From NCBI RefSeq assembly GCF_053078305.1, contig NZ_CP166879.1: a DNA stretch of 64,000 nt; one strand, given 5' to 3'. Within the stretch, counting starts at the first letter, position 1. Each line of letters starts with the position of its first letter. Of the stretch, positions 13,631 to 27,682 are shown in pieces. The notes under the pieces were generated by a model that was not told the DNA's origin, ran no database searches, and worked only from the letters and a program-made list of their open reading frames with translations. A program made the position numbers and the translations under genes.

Positions 13631-14586
13631 TGAAGCAACTTTGGTTTGCCATGTCATTAGTGACAGGTAGCCTGTTATTCTCTGCTAACGCCTCGGCCAC
13701 TCCCGCGTCCGGGGCGTTATTACAGCAGATGAACCTGGCCAGTCAGTCACTGAATTACGAGCTGTCATTCATCAGCATCAATAAACAGGGTGTTGAGTCT
13801 CTGCGTTATCGACATGCACGCCTCGATAACCGTCCTCTTGCACAATTGTTGCAAATGGATGGCCCGCGCCGGGAAGTGGTACAGCGCGGCAATGAAATCA
13901 GCTATTTTGAACCGGGCCTTGAACCGTTTACTCTTAATGGCGATTACATTGTTGATTCTCTGCCATCGCTCATCTATACCGATTTCAAACGCCTTTCTCC
14001 TTACTACGACTTTATCTCCGTCGGGCGCACGCGTATTGCTGATCGTCTTTGTGAAGTTATTCGCGTGGTTGCTCGTGATGGCACACGCTACAGCTACATC
14101 GTGTGGATGGACACCGAATCGAAATTACCGATGCGGGTTGATCTTCTTGATCGCGATGGTGAAACGCTGGAACAATTTCGCGTGATTGCTTTTAACGTCA
14201 ATCAGGATATCAGCAGCAGTATGCAGACGCTGGCGAAGGCAAATTTGCCGCCGTTGCTTTCTGTTCCTGTAGGTGAAAAAGCTAAATTCAGCTGGACGCC
14301 AACCTGGTTGCCACAGGGTTTTAGCGAAGTTTCCAGTAGTCGACGTCCGCTACCGACGATGGACAACATGCCTATCGAATCACGTCTCTATTCCGACGGA
14401 TTATTCAGCTTCTCGGTAAACGTTAACCGCGCTACGCCATCGAGCACCGATCAGATGTTGCGCACCGGACGCAGAACCGTCAGTACAAGCGTACGTGATA
14501 ACGCTGAAATCACCATTGTCGGTGAACTGCCGCCGCAAACGGCGAAACGCATTGCCGAGAATATTAAGTTCGGGGCAGCGCAATGA
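13630..14586 (+). CDS. rseB: Sigma-E regulatory protein RseB
   Basis: 318 aa with signal peptide MKQLWFAMSLVTGSLLFSANASA; operon position after rseA. Confidence 0.9.
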   Translation: MKQLWFAMSLVTGSLLFSANASATPASGALLQQMNLASQSLNYELSFISINKQGVESLRYRHARLDNRPLAQLLQMDGPRREVVQRGNEISYFEPGLEPFTLNGDYIVDSLPSLIYTDFKRLSPYYDFISVGRTRIADRLCEVIRVVARDGTRYSYIVWMDTESKLPMRVDLLDRDGETLEQFRVIAFNVNQDISSSMQTLAKANLPPLLSVPVGEKAKFSWTPTWLPQGFSEVSSSRRPLPTMDNMPIESRLYSDGLFSFSVNVNRATPSSTDQMLRTGRRTVSTSVRDNAEITIVGELPPQTAKRIAENIKFGAAQ

Positions 14587-15062
14587 TCAAAGAGTGGGCT
14601 ACCGTCGTCTCCTGGCAAAACGGGCAGGCGCTGGTCAGTTGTGATGTTAAAGCCTCATGCAGCAGCTGCGCTTCACGCGCCGGTTGCGGTAGCCGCGTGT
14701 TGAATAAACTTGGCCCGCAAACCACGCATACCATTGTCGTACCCTGTGATGAGCCGTTAGTGCCGGGGCAAAAAGTGGAATTGGGGATCGCCGAAGGCAG
14801 CCTGCTTAGCTCCGCATTACTGGTTTATATGTCGCCGCTGGTGGGATTATTCCTCATCGCTTCGCTATTTCAGCTACTCTTTGCTTCTGACGTCGCAGCA
14901 TTATGTGGTGCGGTCCTCGGCGGTATTGGCGGGTTCCTGATTGCGCGTGGCTACTCGCGTAAGTTTGCTGCCCGGGCAGAATGGCAACCGATCATCTTAA
15001 GCGTGGCATTGCCGCCTGGCCTTGTGCGATTTGAAACATCTTCGGAAGACGCGAGCCAGTGA
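14583..15062 (+). CDS. rseC: RseC (SoxR-reducing system component)
   Basis: 159 aa, Cys-rich N-terminus and two TM helices; overlaps rseB stop. Confidence 0.88.
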   Translation: MIKEWATVVSWQNGQALVSCDVKASCSSCASRAGCGSRVLNKLGPQTTHTIVVPCDEPLVPGQKVELGIAEGSLLSSALLVYMSPLVGLFLIASLFQLLFASDVAALCGAVLGGIGGFLIARGYSRKFAARAEWQPIILSVALPPGLVRFETSSEDASQ

Positions 15063-15259
15063 TTTCACTGGCTTTGTTGCATTTTGCATAACAAATGCGA
15101 GGACGTTTCCAGATACCACAATCCATACGGTATGAACATTTCCTCGCCTCAATGTTGTAGTGTAGAATGCGGCGTTTCTATTAATACAGACGTTAAGCTC
15201 AGAACAGCGACTTCTAAAAGCCTGGTTAACCGGGCATTAAGGCACAATAATCATACTTT

Positions 15260-17059
<1,800 letters not shown>

Positions 17060-17074
17060 CCCTTAGGAGTTGGC

Positions 17075-18049
17075 ATGGCGAATATGTTTGCCCTGATTCT
17101 GGTGATTGCCACACTGGTGACGGGCATTTTATGGTGCGTGGATAAATTCTTTTTCGCACCTAAACGGCGGGAACGTCAGGCAGCGGCGCAGGCGGCTGCC
17201 GGTGACTCACTGGATAAAGCAACGTTGAAAAAGGTTGCGCCGAAGCCTGGCTGGCTGGAAACCGGTGCTTCTGTTTTTCCGGTACTGGCTATCGTATTGA
17301 TTGTGCGTTCGTTTATTTATGAACCGTTCCAGATCCCGTCAGGTTCGATGATGCCGACTCTGTTAATCGGTGATTTTATTCTGGTAGAGAAGTTTGCTTA
17401 TGGCATTAAAGATCCTATCTACCAGAAAACGCTGATCGAAACCGGTCATCCGAAACGCGGCGATATCGTGGTCTTTAAATATCCGGAAGATCCAAAGCTT
17501 GATTACATCAAGCGCGCGGTGGGTTTACCGGGCGATAAAGTCACTTACGATCCGGTCTCAAAAGAGCTGACGATTCAACCGGGATGCAGTTCCGGCCAGG
17601 CGTGTGAAAACGCGCTGCCGGTCACCTACTCAAACGTGGAACCGAGCGATTTCGTTCAGACCTTCTCACGCCGTAATGGTGGGGAAGCGACCAGCGGATT
17701 CTTTGAAGTGCCGAAAAACGAAACCAAAGAAAATGGAATTCGTCTTTCCGAGCGTAAAGAGACACTGGGTGATGTGACGCACCGCATTCTGACAGTGCCG
17801 ATTGCGCAGGATCAGGTGGGGATGTATTACCAGCAGCCAGGGCAACAACTGGCAACCTGGATTGTTCCTCCGGGACAATACTTCATGATGGGCGACAACC
17901 GCGACAACAGCGCGGACAGCCGTTACTGGGGCTTTGTGCCTGAAGCGAATCTGGTCGGTCGGGCAACGGCTATCTGGATGAGCTTCGATAAGCAAGAAGG
18001 CGAATGGCCGACAGGTGTGCGCTTAAGTCGCATTGGCGGCATCCATTAA
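17075..18049 (+). CDS. lepB: Signal peptidase I
   Basis: 324 aa, two N-terminal TM segments, SGSMMPTL active-site Ser region. Confidence 0.95.
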   Translation: MANMFALILVIATLVTGILWCVDKFFFAPKRRERQAAAQAAAGDSLDKATLKKVAPKPGWLETGASVFPVLAIVLIVRSFIYEPFQIPSGSMMPTLLIGDFILVEKFAYGIKDPIYQKTLIETGHPKRGDIVVFKYPEDPKLDYIKRAVGLPGDKVTYDPVSKELTIQPGCSSGQACENALPVTYSNVEPSDFVQTFSRRNGGEATSGFFEVPKNETKENGIRLSERKETLGDVTHRILTVPIAQDQVGMYYQQPGQQLATWIVPPGQYFMMGDNRDNSADSRYWGFVPEANLVGRATAIWMSFDKQEGEWPTGVRLSRIGGIH

Positions 18050-18064
18050 TAGCTCATCTTCGTT

Positions 18065-18100
18065 CACGTTGTCGCCGTTATGGCGACAACGTGAATTATT
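18065..18100 (+). terminator. Hairpin after lepB
   Basis: cacgttgtcgcc-gttat-ggcgacaacgtg 12-bp stem followed by an A/T-rich tract. Confidence 0.55.
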
Positions 18101-18189
18101 TATGAGATAAATCTCCCGTGGCTAACGACATCCCCCGTCGTTGTGTATAGAATATTCCCCCGAAGTTTAAGGTTGGCACCTCCAGGTTG

Positions 18190-19904
<1,715 letters not shown>

Positions 19905-19915
19905 GAGTAACTCCG

Positions 19916-20644
19916 ATGGAAGGCTGGCAGCGCGCATTTGTCCTGCATAGTCGCCCGTGGAGCGAAACCAGCCTGATGCTGGACGTCTTCACGGAGGAAT
20001 CGGGTCGCGTGCGTCTGGTTGCCAAAGGCGCACGCTCTAAACGCTCTACCCTGAAAGGTGCATTACAGCCTTTCACCCCTCTCTTGCTACGTTTTGGCGG
20101 GCGTGGCGAAGTCAAAACGCTGCGCAGTGCTGAAGCTGTCTCGCTGGCGCTGCCATTAAGCGGTATCACGCTTTACAGCGGTCTGTACATCAACGAACTT
20201 CTCTCCCGCGTACTGGAATACGAGACGCGCTTCTCTGAACTCTTTTTCGATTACTTGCACTGCATTCAGTCTCTTGCAGGGGTCACTGGTACGCCAGAAC
20301 CCGCGCTGCGCCGCTTTGAACTGGCACTGCTCGGGCATCTGGGTTATGGCGTCAATTTTACCCATTGTGCGGGTAGCGGCGAGCCGGTAGATGACACCAT
20401 GACGTATCGTTATCGCGAAGAAAAAGGGTTTATCGCAAGCGTCGTTATCGACAATAAAACGTTCACCGGAAGGCAGTTGAAAGCGTTACACGTGCGGGAA
20501 TTTCCTGACGCAGACACACTGCGCGCCGCGAAACGCTTTACCCGCATGGCGCTTAAGCCGTATCTTGGCGGTAAACCTTTAAAGAGCAGGGAACTGTTCC
20601 GGCAATTTATGCCTAAGCGAACGGTGAAAACACATTATGAATGA
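19916..20644 (+). CDS. recO: DNA repair protein RecO
   Basis: 242 aa, [28 protein letters not shown]... Confidence 0.95.
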   Translation: MEGWQRAFVLHSRPWSETSLMLDVFTEESGRVRLVAKGARSKRSTLKGALQPFTPLLLRFGGRGEVKTLRSAEAVSLALPLSGITLYSGLYINELLSRVLEYETRFSELFFDYLHCIQSLAGVTGTPEPALRRFELALLGHLGYGVNFTHCAGSGEPVDDTMTYRYREEKGFIASVVIDNKTFTGRQLKALHVREFPDADTLRAAKRFTRMALKPYLGGKPLKSRELFRQFMPKRTVKTHYE

Positions 20645-20655
20645 TGAGGATTGTC

Positions 20656-21387
20656 ATGGCTGAATTACTGTTAGGCGTCAACATTGACCATATCGCTACG
20701 CTGCGCAACGCGCGCGGTACCGCTTACCCGGATCCGGTGCAGGCCGCGTTTATTGCCGAGCAGGCGGGGGCGGACGGCATTACCGTGCATTTACGTGAAG
20801 ATCGCCGCCACATTACTGACCGCGATGTGCGCATCCTGCGTCAGACGCTGGATACCCGCATGAATCTGGAGATGGCGGTGACCGAAGAGATGCTGGCGAT
20901 CGCGGTTGAGACGAAGCCGCATTTTTGCTGCCTGGTACCAGAAAAGCGTCAGGAAGTAACAACCGAAGGCGGCCTGGACGTTGCAGGGCAGCGTGAAAAA
21001 ATGCGCAATGCCTGCAAACGTCTGGCGGATGCCGGGATTCAGGTTTCTCTGTTTATCGACGCCGATGAAGAGCAGATCAAAGCTGCGGCAGAGGTTGGCG
21101 CACCGTTTATCGAGATCCACACCGGTTGCTATGCTGATGCCAAAACTGACGCCGAACAGGCGCAAGAGCTGGCGCGTATCGCCAAAGCCGCGACCTTTGC
21201 CGCTAGTCTCGGTTTGAAAGTTAACGCCGGACACGGTCTGACCTATCACAACGTAAAAGCCATTGCCGCCATCCCTGAGATGCACGAACTGAATATCGGT
21301 CATGCCATTATTGGTCGTGCAGTGATGACCGGACTGAAAGATGCGGTGGCAGAAATGAAGCGCCTGATGCTGGAAGCGCGTGGCTAA
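20656..21387 (+). CDS. pdxJ: Pyridoxine 5'-phosphate synthase
   Basis: [22 protein letters not shown]...; 243 aa from internal Met. Confidence 0.92.
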
Positions 21388-21767
21388 TGGCAATATTAGG
21401 TTTAGGCACGGATATCGTCGAGATCGCTCGCATAGAAGCAGTGATCGCCCGATCCGGTGAGCGCCTGGCACGCCGCGTATTAAGCGATAACGAATGGGAA
21501 ATTTGGAAAACGCACCACCAGCCGGTGCGTTTTCTGGCGAAACGCTTTGCCGTAAAAGAAGCCGCAGCAAAAGCGTTTGGCACCGGGATCCGCAATGGTC
21601 TGGCGTTTAATCAGTTTGAAGTATTTAACGATGAGCTTGGTAAGCCACGGCTGCGACTGTGGGGCGAGGCATTAAAACTGGCGGAAAAGCTGGGCGTTGC
21701 AAATATGCATGTGACGCTGGCCGATGAGCGCCACTATGCTTGCGCCACGGTAATTATTGAAAGTTAA
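21387..21767 (+). CDS. acpS: Holo-ACP synthase
   Basis: 126 aa [17 protein letters not shown]... Confidence 0.95.
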
Positions 21768-21793
21768 AAATAATACCGTTCTCTTTAAAAAGT

Positions 21794-21826
21794 AAAACCC
21801 CCGAACTGGTAAGGAACGGGGGTTTT
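21794..21826. terminator. Bidirectional hairpin terminator (acpS operon / ohsC)
   Basis: aaaaccccc-g...c-gggggtttt perfect palindrome with flanking A/T runs on both strands. Confidence 0.7.
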
Positions 21827-21890
21827 ACTTTGTAACTTTAATTTAGTGCAGCACGCACCCTCAACAACAGCGATTATGGATCAGGGTAGT
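21795..21890 (-). ncRNA. ohsC: Putative OhsC antitoxin sRNA of the shoB/ohsC type I toxin-antitoxin locus (boundaries approximate)
   Basis: Lies divergently upstream of shoB, ends at the palindromic terminator, and contains tgcagcacgcaccctcaacaa, a near-copy of tgcagcatgcaccctcaataa in the shoB 5' UTR (22094..22114). Confidence 0.4.
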
Positions 21891-22187
21891 TATCTTTTAC
21901 AAGCAACTTGCAATCTTTATCATAAAAACTCGAGCCTTTACGAAGAAAGCGATATTGATGGCAAGATTAACGTGACCGCCAATTCGTAAGTACATTAAAA
22001 TTGGTTTCGTTATTGGCGATTTTGCTGTGCTTTACACCATGCCACAGAATTCCCCCATTGAAACGAGTGGTGTCGTCAAAGCTCTGGTGTGGAGTGCAGC
22101 ATGCACCCTCAATAACTCGCACGTTCAGTTTTGGGGAGATGTAAGGGCTAATCTGAACGGCTGCATTCCTTGTTTAAGGAAAAACGA

Positions 22188-22268
22188 ATGACTGATTGCC
22201 GATACCTTATTAAACGGGCCATCAAAATCATCATTGCTGTTTTACAGCTGATCCTTCTGTTCTTATAA
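22188..22268 (+). CDS. shoB: Type I toxin ShoB (26-aa hydrophobic peptide)
   Basis: ATG at 22188 encodes MTDCRYLIKRAIKIIIAVLQLILLFL then TAA; not in ORF track because under 60 aa. Confidence 0.75.
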   Translation: MTDCRYLIKRAIKIIIAVLQLILLFL

Positions 22269-22285
22269 CACAAGGAAACGTACTT

Positions 22286-22322
22286 AAGGTGCGTCCGGTG
22301 AACCAGTCGGACGCACCTTTAA
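22286..22322 (+). terminator. Hairpin after shoB
   Basis: aggtgcgtccg ... cggacgcacct 11-bp inverted repeat followed by ttaataa. Confidence 0.5.
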
Positions 22323-22462
22323 TAACTATAAATAAGTGTCTGGGCAGATACTATATAAATTAACTTAGTGAATGTTTATGCTAATAATCATCAATTAAAT
22401 AAATATAATAGCGTTAAGGTTTCCCTATAAAATAATTAATACTCTACTTCAGGAGCAGAATA

Positions 22463-22732
<270 letters not shown>

Positions 22733-22937
22733 TTACCGTTAAATTATTTTAAAATCAGTAAGTTGTATCGAGTTTGTATGCTTTACAGTTATTAACTTAC
22801 TGTATGTTGATCCAGTGTATTTAACCTTGATAAACTCAGTCCAGCAACACAAAACCGCAACACATTGCATTTTGTCCCGTAGAAAAGACTTGTATGTGTG
22901 AGCTTGTTTTCTGCGCCTACGCAGATAAGGATTGAGA

Positions 22938-24335
22938 ATGCCGCGCACTGTAACACATAATCCGGATAGCCCCAATAATGACGATGTTTTAGCCGCATCT
23001 GAAAAATGGGACGCCTGTAAACCCCCCTATACCAGCGCACACATAAAAATCTGTGTTGCTGCCGCCAAAATCATCCTCGCAGCTTCCGGCGTGGCTCGCC
23101 GTTCCAAATACGAAAAAGAGAACTATCTCCGTATCGATTTCAGCAAAGCCGGTAAGGTTACATTTTACGCCGAGTTTCCAAAAAAGATGGGCCTCAAGGG
23201 TAAAAAGCTCGGCGAGTGGCCGGAGCTCGCTATCCAGCTGGCGCGCGAAAAAGCGCTAGGTATGGCTGACTGTGGCTTGCGGGCAGAGTCCGTACATGCA
23301 GCGCTGGAAATGTACCGGGATGACCTCAAAGCCAAAGTCGCCCGGCAGAAGCTGAGCCCGGACAGTTTCACAACCTACGGGGTGCGTATCGACCGGATTA
23401 AAGCAACGTTCGGCGAGCGTGAGGTGTTCAGCGACGTAACATACAATCGGCTAGTGGAAGTGCTGGACGAGTGGATCGCCACTCGCTCGAACAATAACGC
23501 CCTGGAGTTGTTTGCCGAGCTCCGTCGGTTCTGGAAGTTCTGCGCACCTACTCTTTGTAACGGTCGCAATGTTGCTGCCAGTCTGCCAGATGATTATGTT
23601 TCCTCCCGCGTACAGAAACCCACCCCCACACGGCTTTTTACCGATATTGAGTCAATCGCCCGGCTCTGGCTCAATGTTGCCGCCTGCACCTCTGTACACC
23701 AGAAGAATGCTGTTCGCTTCATGATCATCACCGGCGTTCGTCCGATTAATGTCCATAACCTGCGCTGGGACTACGTTCACGAGGAGACTGGCGAAATTGT
23801 TTATCCTGAAGGGGTTATCGGCATGCGAGGGGCTATGAAAACACAAAAGGCTTTCCGCCTGCCAATAACGCCGGAGATCCGGCGGATTATCGACGAGCAG
23901 AAAGCATGGCGTGATTCAGTTCCTGAGTGCAACAGGGATTATGTATTTTTGCAGCCGCGTGATCCAATGCAGCCATTTTCAAAACGATCACTGGATAAGC
24001 TAGTGAAAACATACAGCCCGGATGGGGCTGTAAAAGGATTAAAACATGATGGGACTGTTAAAGGGAAAGACGGTGCATTTAATACGATGTGCCGTAAATT
24101 CCTTAAGAGCAATGTTATTGCCTTGATGAAGGAAAGAGGCTATTCCCGATCAGACCGAAGGGAAATCAGCCTCCTTTGCCTTCACCACTCCAGCAAGTCA
24201 GATGACCCGATGGCAGAACATTACGACTTTTCTGATGAGATTTTGCAGGAAGAGATTGCGTTAAAGCGCGAAGCTTTCGAGGCTCACGAGCGGAGCATAC
24301 TTGCGCAGGTGGCATTGCTACGGCGGCGAGGTTAA
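22938..24335 (+). CDS. int: Phage integrase, tyrosine recombinase family
   Basis: Adjacent to attL; C-terminal region with R...H..R...Y-type catalytic signature (ITGVRP..., LHHSSKSD..., AEHY); ATG at 22938 preceded by aagga. Confidence 0.8.
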   Translation: MPRTVTHNPDSPNNDDVLAASEKWDACKPPYTSAHIKICVAAAKIILAASGVARRSKYEKENYLRIDFSKAGKVTFYAEFPKKMGLKGKKLGEWPELAIQLAREKALGMADCGLRAESVHAALEMYRDDLKAKVARQKLSPDSFTTYGVRIDRIKATFGEREVFSDVTYNRLVEVLDEWIATRSNNNALELFAELRRFWKFCAPTLCNGRNVAASLPDDYVSSRVQKPTPTRLFTDIESIARLWLNVAACTSVHQKNAVRFMIITGVRPINVHNLRWDYVHEETGEIVYPEGVIGMRGAMKTQKAFRLPITPEIRRIIDEQKAWRDSVPECNRDYVFLQPRDPMQPFSKRSLDKLVKTYSPDGAVKGLKHDGTVKGKDGAFNTMCRKFLKSNVIALMKERGYSRSDRREISLLCLHHSSKSDDPMAEHYDFSDEILQEEIALKREAFEAHERSILAQVALLRRRG

Positions 24336-24532
24336 TACCGGCTGCGACACTTTTGAATAAAAGCGTCGACATTGCGGCGCTCATAACGAACTACTTTTGC
24401 ACTGAAACGAATTGGTGCCAGGATAGCCCGATGACGATGCTTAATATTCCACTCACATAGCGTTTTCTGTGTAATACCTAACTTTTGGCATACTTCATCC
24501 GGGGTGAGTAAATCGTCGGGTTTCTCGCTCAT
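24332..24532 (-). CDS. AlpA-like HTH DNA-binding protein (putative excisionase/regulator)
   Basis: 66 aa, LLTPDEVCQKLGITQKTLCEWN helix-turn-helix; next to integrase. Confidence 0.6.
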   Translation of the reverse strand: MSEKPDDLLTPDEVCQKLGITQKTLCEWNIKHRHRAILAPIRFSAKVVRYERRNVDAFIQKCRSRY

Positions 24533-25923
24533 GCTATACCTCTCTTTTTCATGGCATCGAGCAGGATGTCCTGCACTGTTCGTTTTGAGTTGCGCCGCTC
24601 CATCACCATTTCGTCCATAGTGTCGGCAGCAATAATGTGGTGAATAAATACCGGACGATTGTGTCCGGCTTGTATCTGCCTGGTGGGGCCGATACGTTCA
24701 ATAATTTGCTGATATTGCTCCAGGTCCCACCAGTGTGAGAAAAATACCAGTATATTTCCGCCGTCTTGCATGTTCAGGCCGTGGCCCGCGCTGGCTGGGT
24801 GTGCAAAGAGAACAGGAATCTTTCCGGAATTCCAGTCGCGCAGTGTCTGTGGATCCTGGTCGAGGTGACGACCGCGAGGGAATGCTTTAAGCAAGCGTTC
24901 AAGATCGTGTTTCCAGTGATAAGCAACCAGCACAGGTGCGCCAGCTGCTTCGGCCAGTATGCTGTCCAGCGCCTGTAGTTTGGTGTCATGCAGTTCTGAC
25001 CAACTTCCGGTGTCGTCTGTGTATACTGCGCCACTGGCGATTTGAAGACACTTCAGTGTCTTTGCCGCGGCGTTCGGTGCTTCGATGCCTTCGCCATTCA
25101 GCTCGAGGAACATTTCCTTTTCCATTTCACGATACTGCTGACGGGCCTTCGGGGGCATATCCACGCGGATTACGTTATGGATGGGGTCTTTGATATCGAA
25201 CCAGTCGGCCGCATCCAGCGAGAGGGTCACATCGGCTAACGCTCGCTGTATTTCACCCTGTGAGTGAGCAAAAGGCTCCAGTTTGGTCCAGCTCTGCCCC
25301 GGAAACTGTATCGATTTGAACCAGCGTGAGGTAAATGCGCCGTAAGTGCGCCCGAGACGTTGCCCCAGGTCCACAAACCACGATTGTCCCCACAAATCTA
25401 CCAGGCCGTTCGGTGCTGGCGTACCGGTGAGATTTATCCAGCGCCGGACATACTTGTGCGCCACTTTGCCCAGCGCCGCCGCGCGCTTACCACCACCTCG
25501 CAGCCGGAAGGATTTTAGCCGGGTGCTTTCATCTGGAATGACAGTACCGAACGGCCATCGTTCTCCCAATTCCTCAACCAGCCAGACAAGGTTATCGTAG
25601 TTGATGGTGAACACGCTCGCGTTGTTGTTCGCCAACGCTGCAGAGCGCGCTTTGGCATTACCAACAATTGGTTGTACCTCGATATTGCGCAAATGCCCCC
25701 ACTTCAGTGCTTCATCCGGCCAGGTGTTTGCTGCAACGCGTAGCGGCGCGAGGACCAGCGCGGGGCGTGTTTCTGCTCCAGCCATGAAAAGATCTTCCAG
25801 CGTGGTGAGTGTCGCTACGGTTTTACCCATCCCCATCCCTGCCCAGATGTTGCCGCGCAGAATGTCGGTTTGGTGATTGATTATGAGGTTTTGATAAAGT
25901 CGGGGGTGGAATATGTTATTCAT
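24529..25923 (-). CDS. Superfamily-2 (SNF2/DEAD-like) helicase
   Basis: GMGKTVATL Walker A, DEST(R) motif II, C-terminal helicase domain; start placed at MNNIFHPRLYQ (ORF extends to 25998). Confidence 0.7.
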   Translation of the reverse strand: MNNIFHPRLYQNLIINHQTDILRGNIWAGMGMGKTVATLTTLEDLFMAGAETRPALVLAPLRVAANTWPDEALKWGHLRNIEVQPIVGNAKARSAALANNNASVFTINYDNLVWLVEELGERWPFGTVIPDESTRLKSFRLRGGGKRAAALGKVAHKYVRRWINLTGTPAPNGLVDLWGQSWFVDLGQRLGRTYGAFTSRWFKSIQFPGQSWTKLEPFAHSQGEIQRALADVTLSLDAADWFDIKDPIHNVIRVDMPPKARQQYREMEKEMFLELNGEGIEAPNAAAKTLKCLQIASGAVYTDDTGSWSELHDTKLQALDSILAEAAGAPVLVAYHWKHDLERLLKAFPRGRHLDQDPQTLRDWNSGKIPVLFAHPASAGHGLNMQDGGNILVFFSHWWDLEQYQQIIERIGPTRQIQAGHNRPVFIHHIIAADTMDEMVMERRNSKRTVQDILLDAMKKRGIA

Positions 25924-25985
25924 TAATACACCTATGGTAGAATATGTGTCAATTCTCTCTCTATATATAACTAACGGAGGCGGGT

Positions 25986-26783
25986 ATGCCCCTGGCAAAA
26001 ATACTTACAAAACAAGTTTCTTTATTAACTGTTTTTTCAGCGTTAGCTTATGTGATGGCATATTCTTTTCAGAAAGGTGTTGCATCGTATTATGGCTATC
26101 CAGCCCTTTTTATTAAAATAGATTTAAATACGCTATTGTATTCGGCTGTATGGCTTTTGTTTTTTAGTTTTTTATTTCTCGGTGCCTTATACGCGACATT
26201 GATGTTTGATTTGAAAGGGAAATATTATGTTCCATTTATTATATTTATAGTGGTTATGCTAATACCTAATTTTTACATAATAGGATTCCATTGGCCTTTT
26301 GGTTATTTCTCAGAAACCTCTGTGATGAGTGTTGGAGATATTTTATTATTTGCTCTGCTTTTGTTGAATTACCACAATGCGGTGTCCGCGTCAATCCATA
26401 GTAAGAGACACGAACATCATATGGATAGCATTAGAAAATTTGGGAGGCTTGCAGAGTATAAAGACGTATTTTATTATATCGATTTAAAAATCCTAAAATC
26501 AGCTTTTCCTTTAGGGGTGATGACATTATTGATATTGAGCTATACCTTCGGGAAGGTTACTGCATTTAAAAATAACGAATATTATATGGTAGATGGTAGT
26601 AATACTAAAGTGTTGCTCAATTCATTTGGTAGTGGTTTTGTTGTTGGTGATTGTGAGTCCAATAGCGCAAAATTTGAATTTGTTAATGATTTAAAAGGGA
26701 TGAAATTCACAGTCATGTCCTCTAAAAAGGAAATAGCTAAATTAAAAGAGTGTTTCGAAACACGTGTTAAAAATACGGATTAA
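25986..26783 (+). CDS. AT-rich multi-pass membrane protein of unknown function (cargo)
   Basis: 265 aa, at least four hydrophobic helices; strongly AT-rich codon usage versus neighbours; ggagg RBS 6 nt upstream; extended -10 TGgTAGAAT at 25945..25953. Confidence 0.5.
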   Translation: MPLAKILTKQVSLLTVFSALAYVMAYSFQKGVASYYGYPALFIKIDLNTLLYSAVWLLFFSFLFLGALYATLMFDLKGKYYVPFIIFIVVMLIPNFYIIGFHWPFGYFSETSVMSVGDILLFALLLLNYHNAVSASIHSKRHEHHMDSIRKFGRLAEYKDVFYYIDLKILKSAFPLGVMTLLILSYTFGKVTAFKNNEYYMVDGSNTKVLLNSFGSGFVVGDCESNSAKFEFVNDLKGMKFTVMSSKKEIAKLKECFETRVKNTD

Positions 26784-26795
26784 AGTATAAGTCTT

Positions 26796-27083
26796 TTATC
26801 TTTTATTGCGGCTTAAAATAATTTCCTCCAGATTTTTGCTATCCAGCACCACCACGGTAAAGCCCAGCTCGCGCAGCCGCTTGTGCTCGCGCAACTGGTC
26901 GGCGCGTGGTGCTTTGCCGGGTGCTTTGCATTCAACGAAAACAAGACGGCCGCCGGGTAGCAGAACAATGCGATCCGGTACCGAGCGGCGACCAGGTGAT
27001 ATGAACTTAAAGGCGACCCCACCAGCCTTTTTCACTTCGGCGACGAGATGCTTCTCGATTAGGTTTTCACGTTCATATATCAT
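26796..27083 (-). CDS. VRR-NUC domain nuclease
   Basis: 95 aa with PD-(D/E)xK-like DRIVLLP...VFVECK motif typical of VRR-NUC; commonly partnered with phage SF2 helicases. Confidence 0.7.
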   Translation of the reverse strand: MIYERENLIEKHLVAEVKKAGGVAFKFISPGRRSVPDRIVLLPGGRLVFVECKAPGKAPRADQLREHKRLRELGFTVVVLDSKNLEEIILSRNKR

Positions 27084-27125
27084 ATGACGTTTCCTTTAGC
27101 CCTCTAGTTTGAGGGCTGGGAATCT

Positions 27126-27677
27126 TTAGCGACGGCTGGGATGAATTTTTTCACGGAGAACTAAGGTTAGTTGTTCTAGTGTCAATGGCTCGCCAAAATT
27201 CTCATGAAATAATGGATTGAATACATGCATCATGCGTTCGTATGTTGCCAGCGAAGGCGTGTGAGAATTAAGATCTCTTAATTTGAATTCTTCAAATCTA
27301 TCCAGTTTATTGATGACGAAATCAGCGGCTGCAAGATACTCAGTTTCGTTATTTCCATCGAATCCTTTGAATATTGGATTTTTTCCAAATAACTCAACAT
27401 TTTCTTTTAACTTCTTTTTTTCTTCTTCTGTAAGTTCACTGTAGCTATATTCAATAACTCTCCACATATCTAGGATGTCTAGAACTTTTTTTACAACACG
27501 TGGAGTTTCGGTATTTTTAAATGGAATACCACTAAATTTCCAAGGGAGTGCCCATGTTTGGTTTTCGAATATAGCATCACGGACAAATGTGTGATCGATT
27601 TCGCCTTCAATCTCGTTTTTATCGTACAGGTCACACAGCATCATTAGAATTAGTTTTTCGCCATCTGAAAGTTGCAT
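27126..27677 (-). CDS. YfbU-family (UPF0304)-like protein, function unknown (cargo)
   Basis: 183 aa; blocks M.LSDGEKLILMML, VKKVLDILDMW, FKGFDGNNETEYL...RFEEF and YERMMHVF resemble E. coli YfbU as recalled from memory; AT-rich. Confidence 0.45.
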   Translation of the reverse strand: MQLSDGEKLILMMLCDLYDKNEIEGEIDHTFVRDAIFENQTWALPWKFSGIPFKNTETPRVVKKVLDILDMWRVIEYSYSELTEEEKKKLKENVELFGKNPIFKGFDGNNETEYLAAADFVINKLDRFEEFKLRDLNSHTPSLATYERMMHVFNPLFHENFGEPLTLEQLTLVLREKIHPSRR

Positions 27678-27682
27678 GTTTT

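Noticed and set aside
20791-21570. 259-aa minus-strand ORF
   Set aside because: Antisense to pdxJ/acpS, which have strong identity to known proteins
22739-23040. ORFs 22739..22975 (-) and 22792..23040 (-)
   Set aside because: They overlap the integrase start and its promoter region, are AT-rich and lack an RBS; considered non-coding
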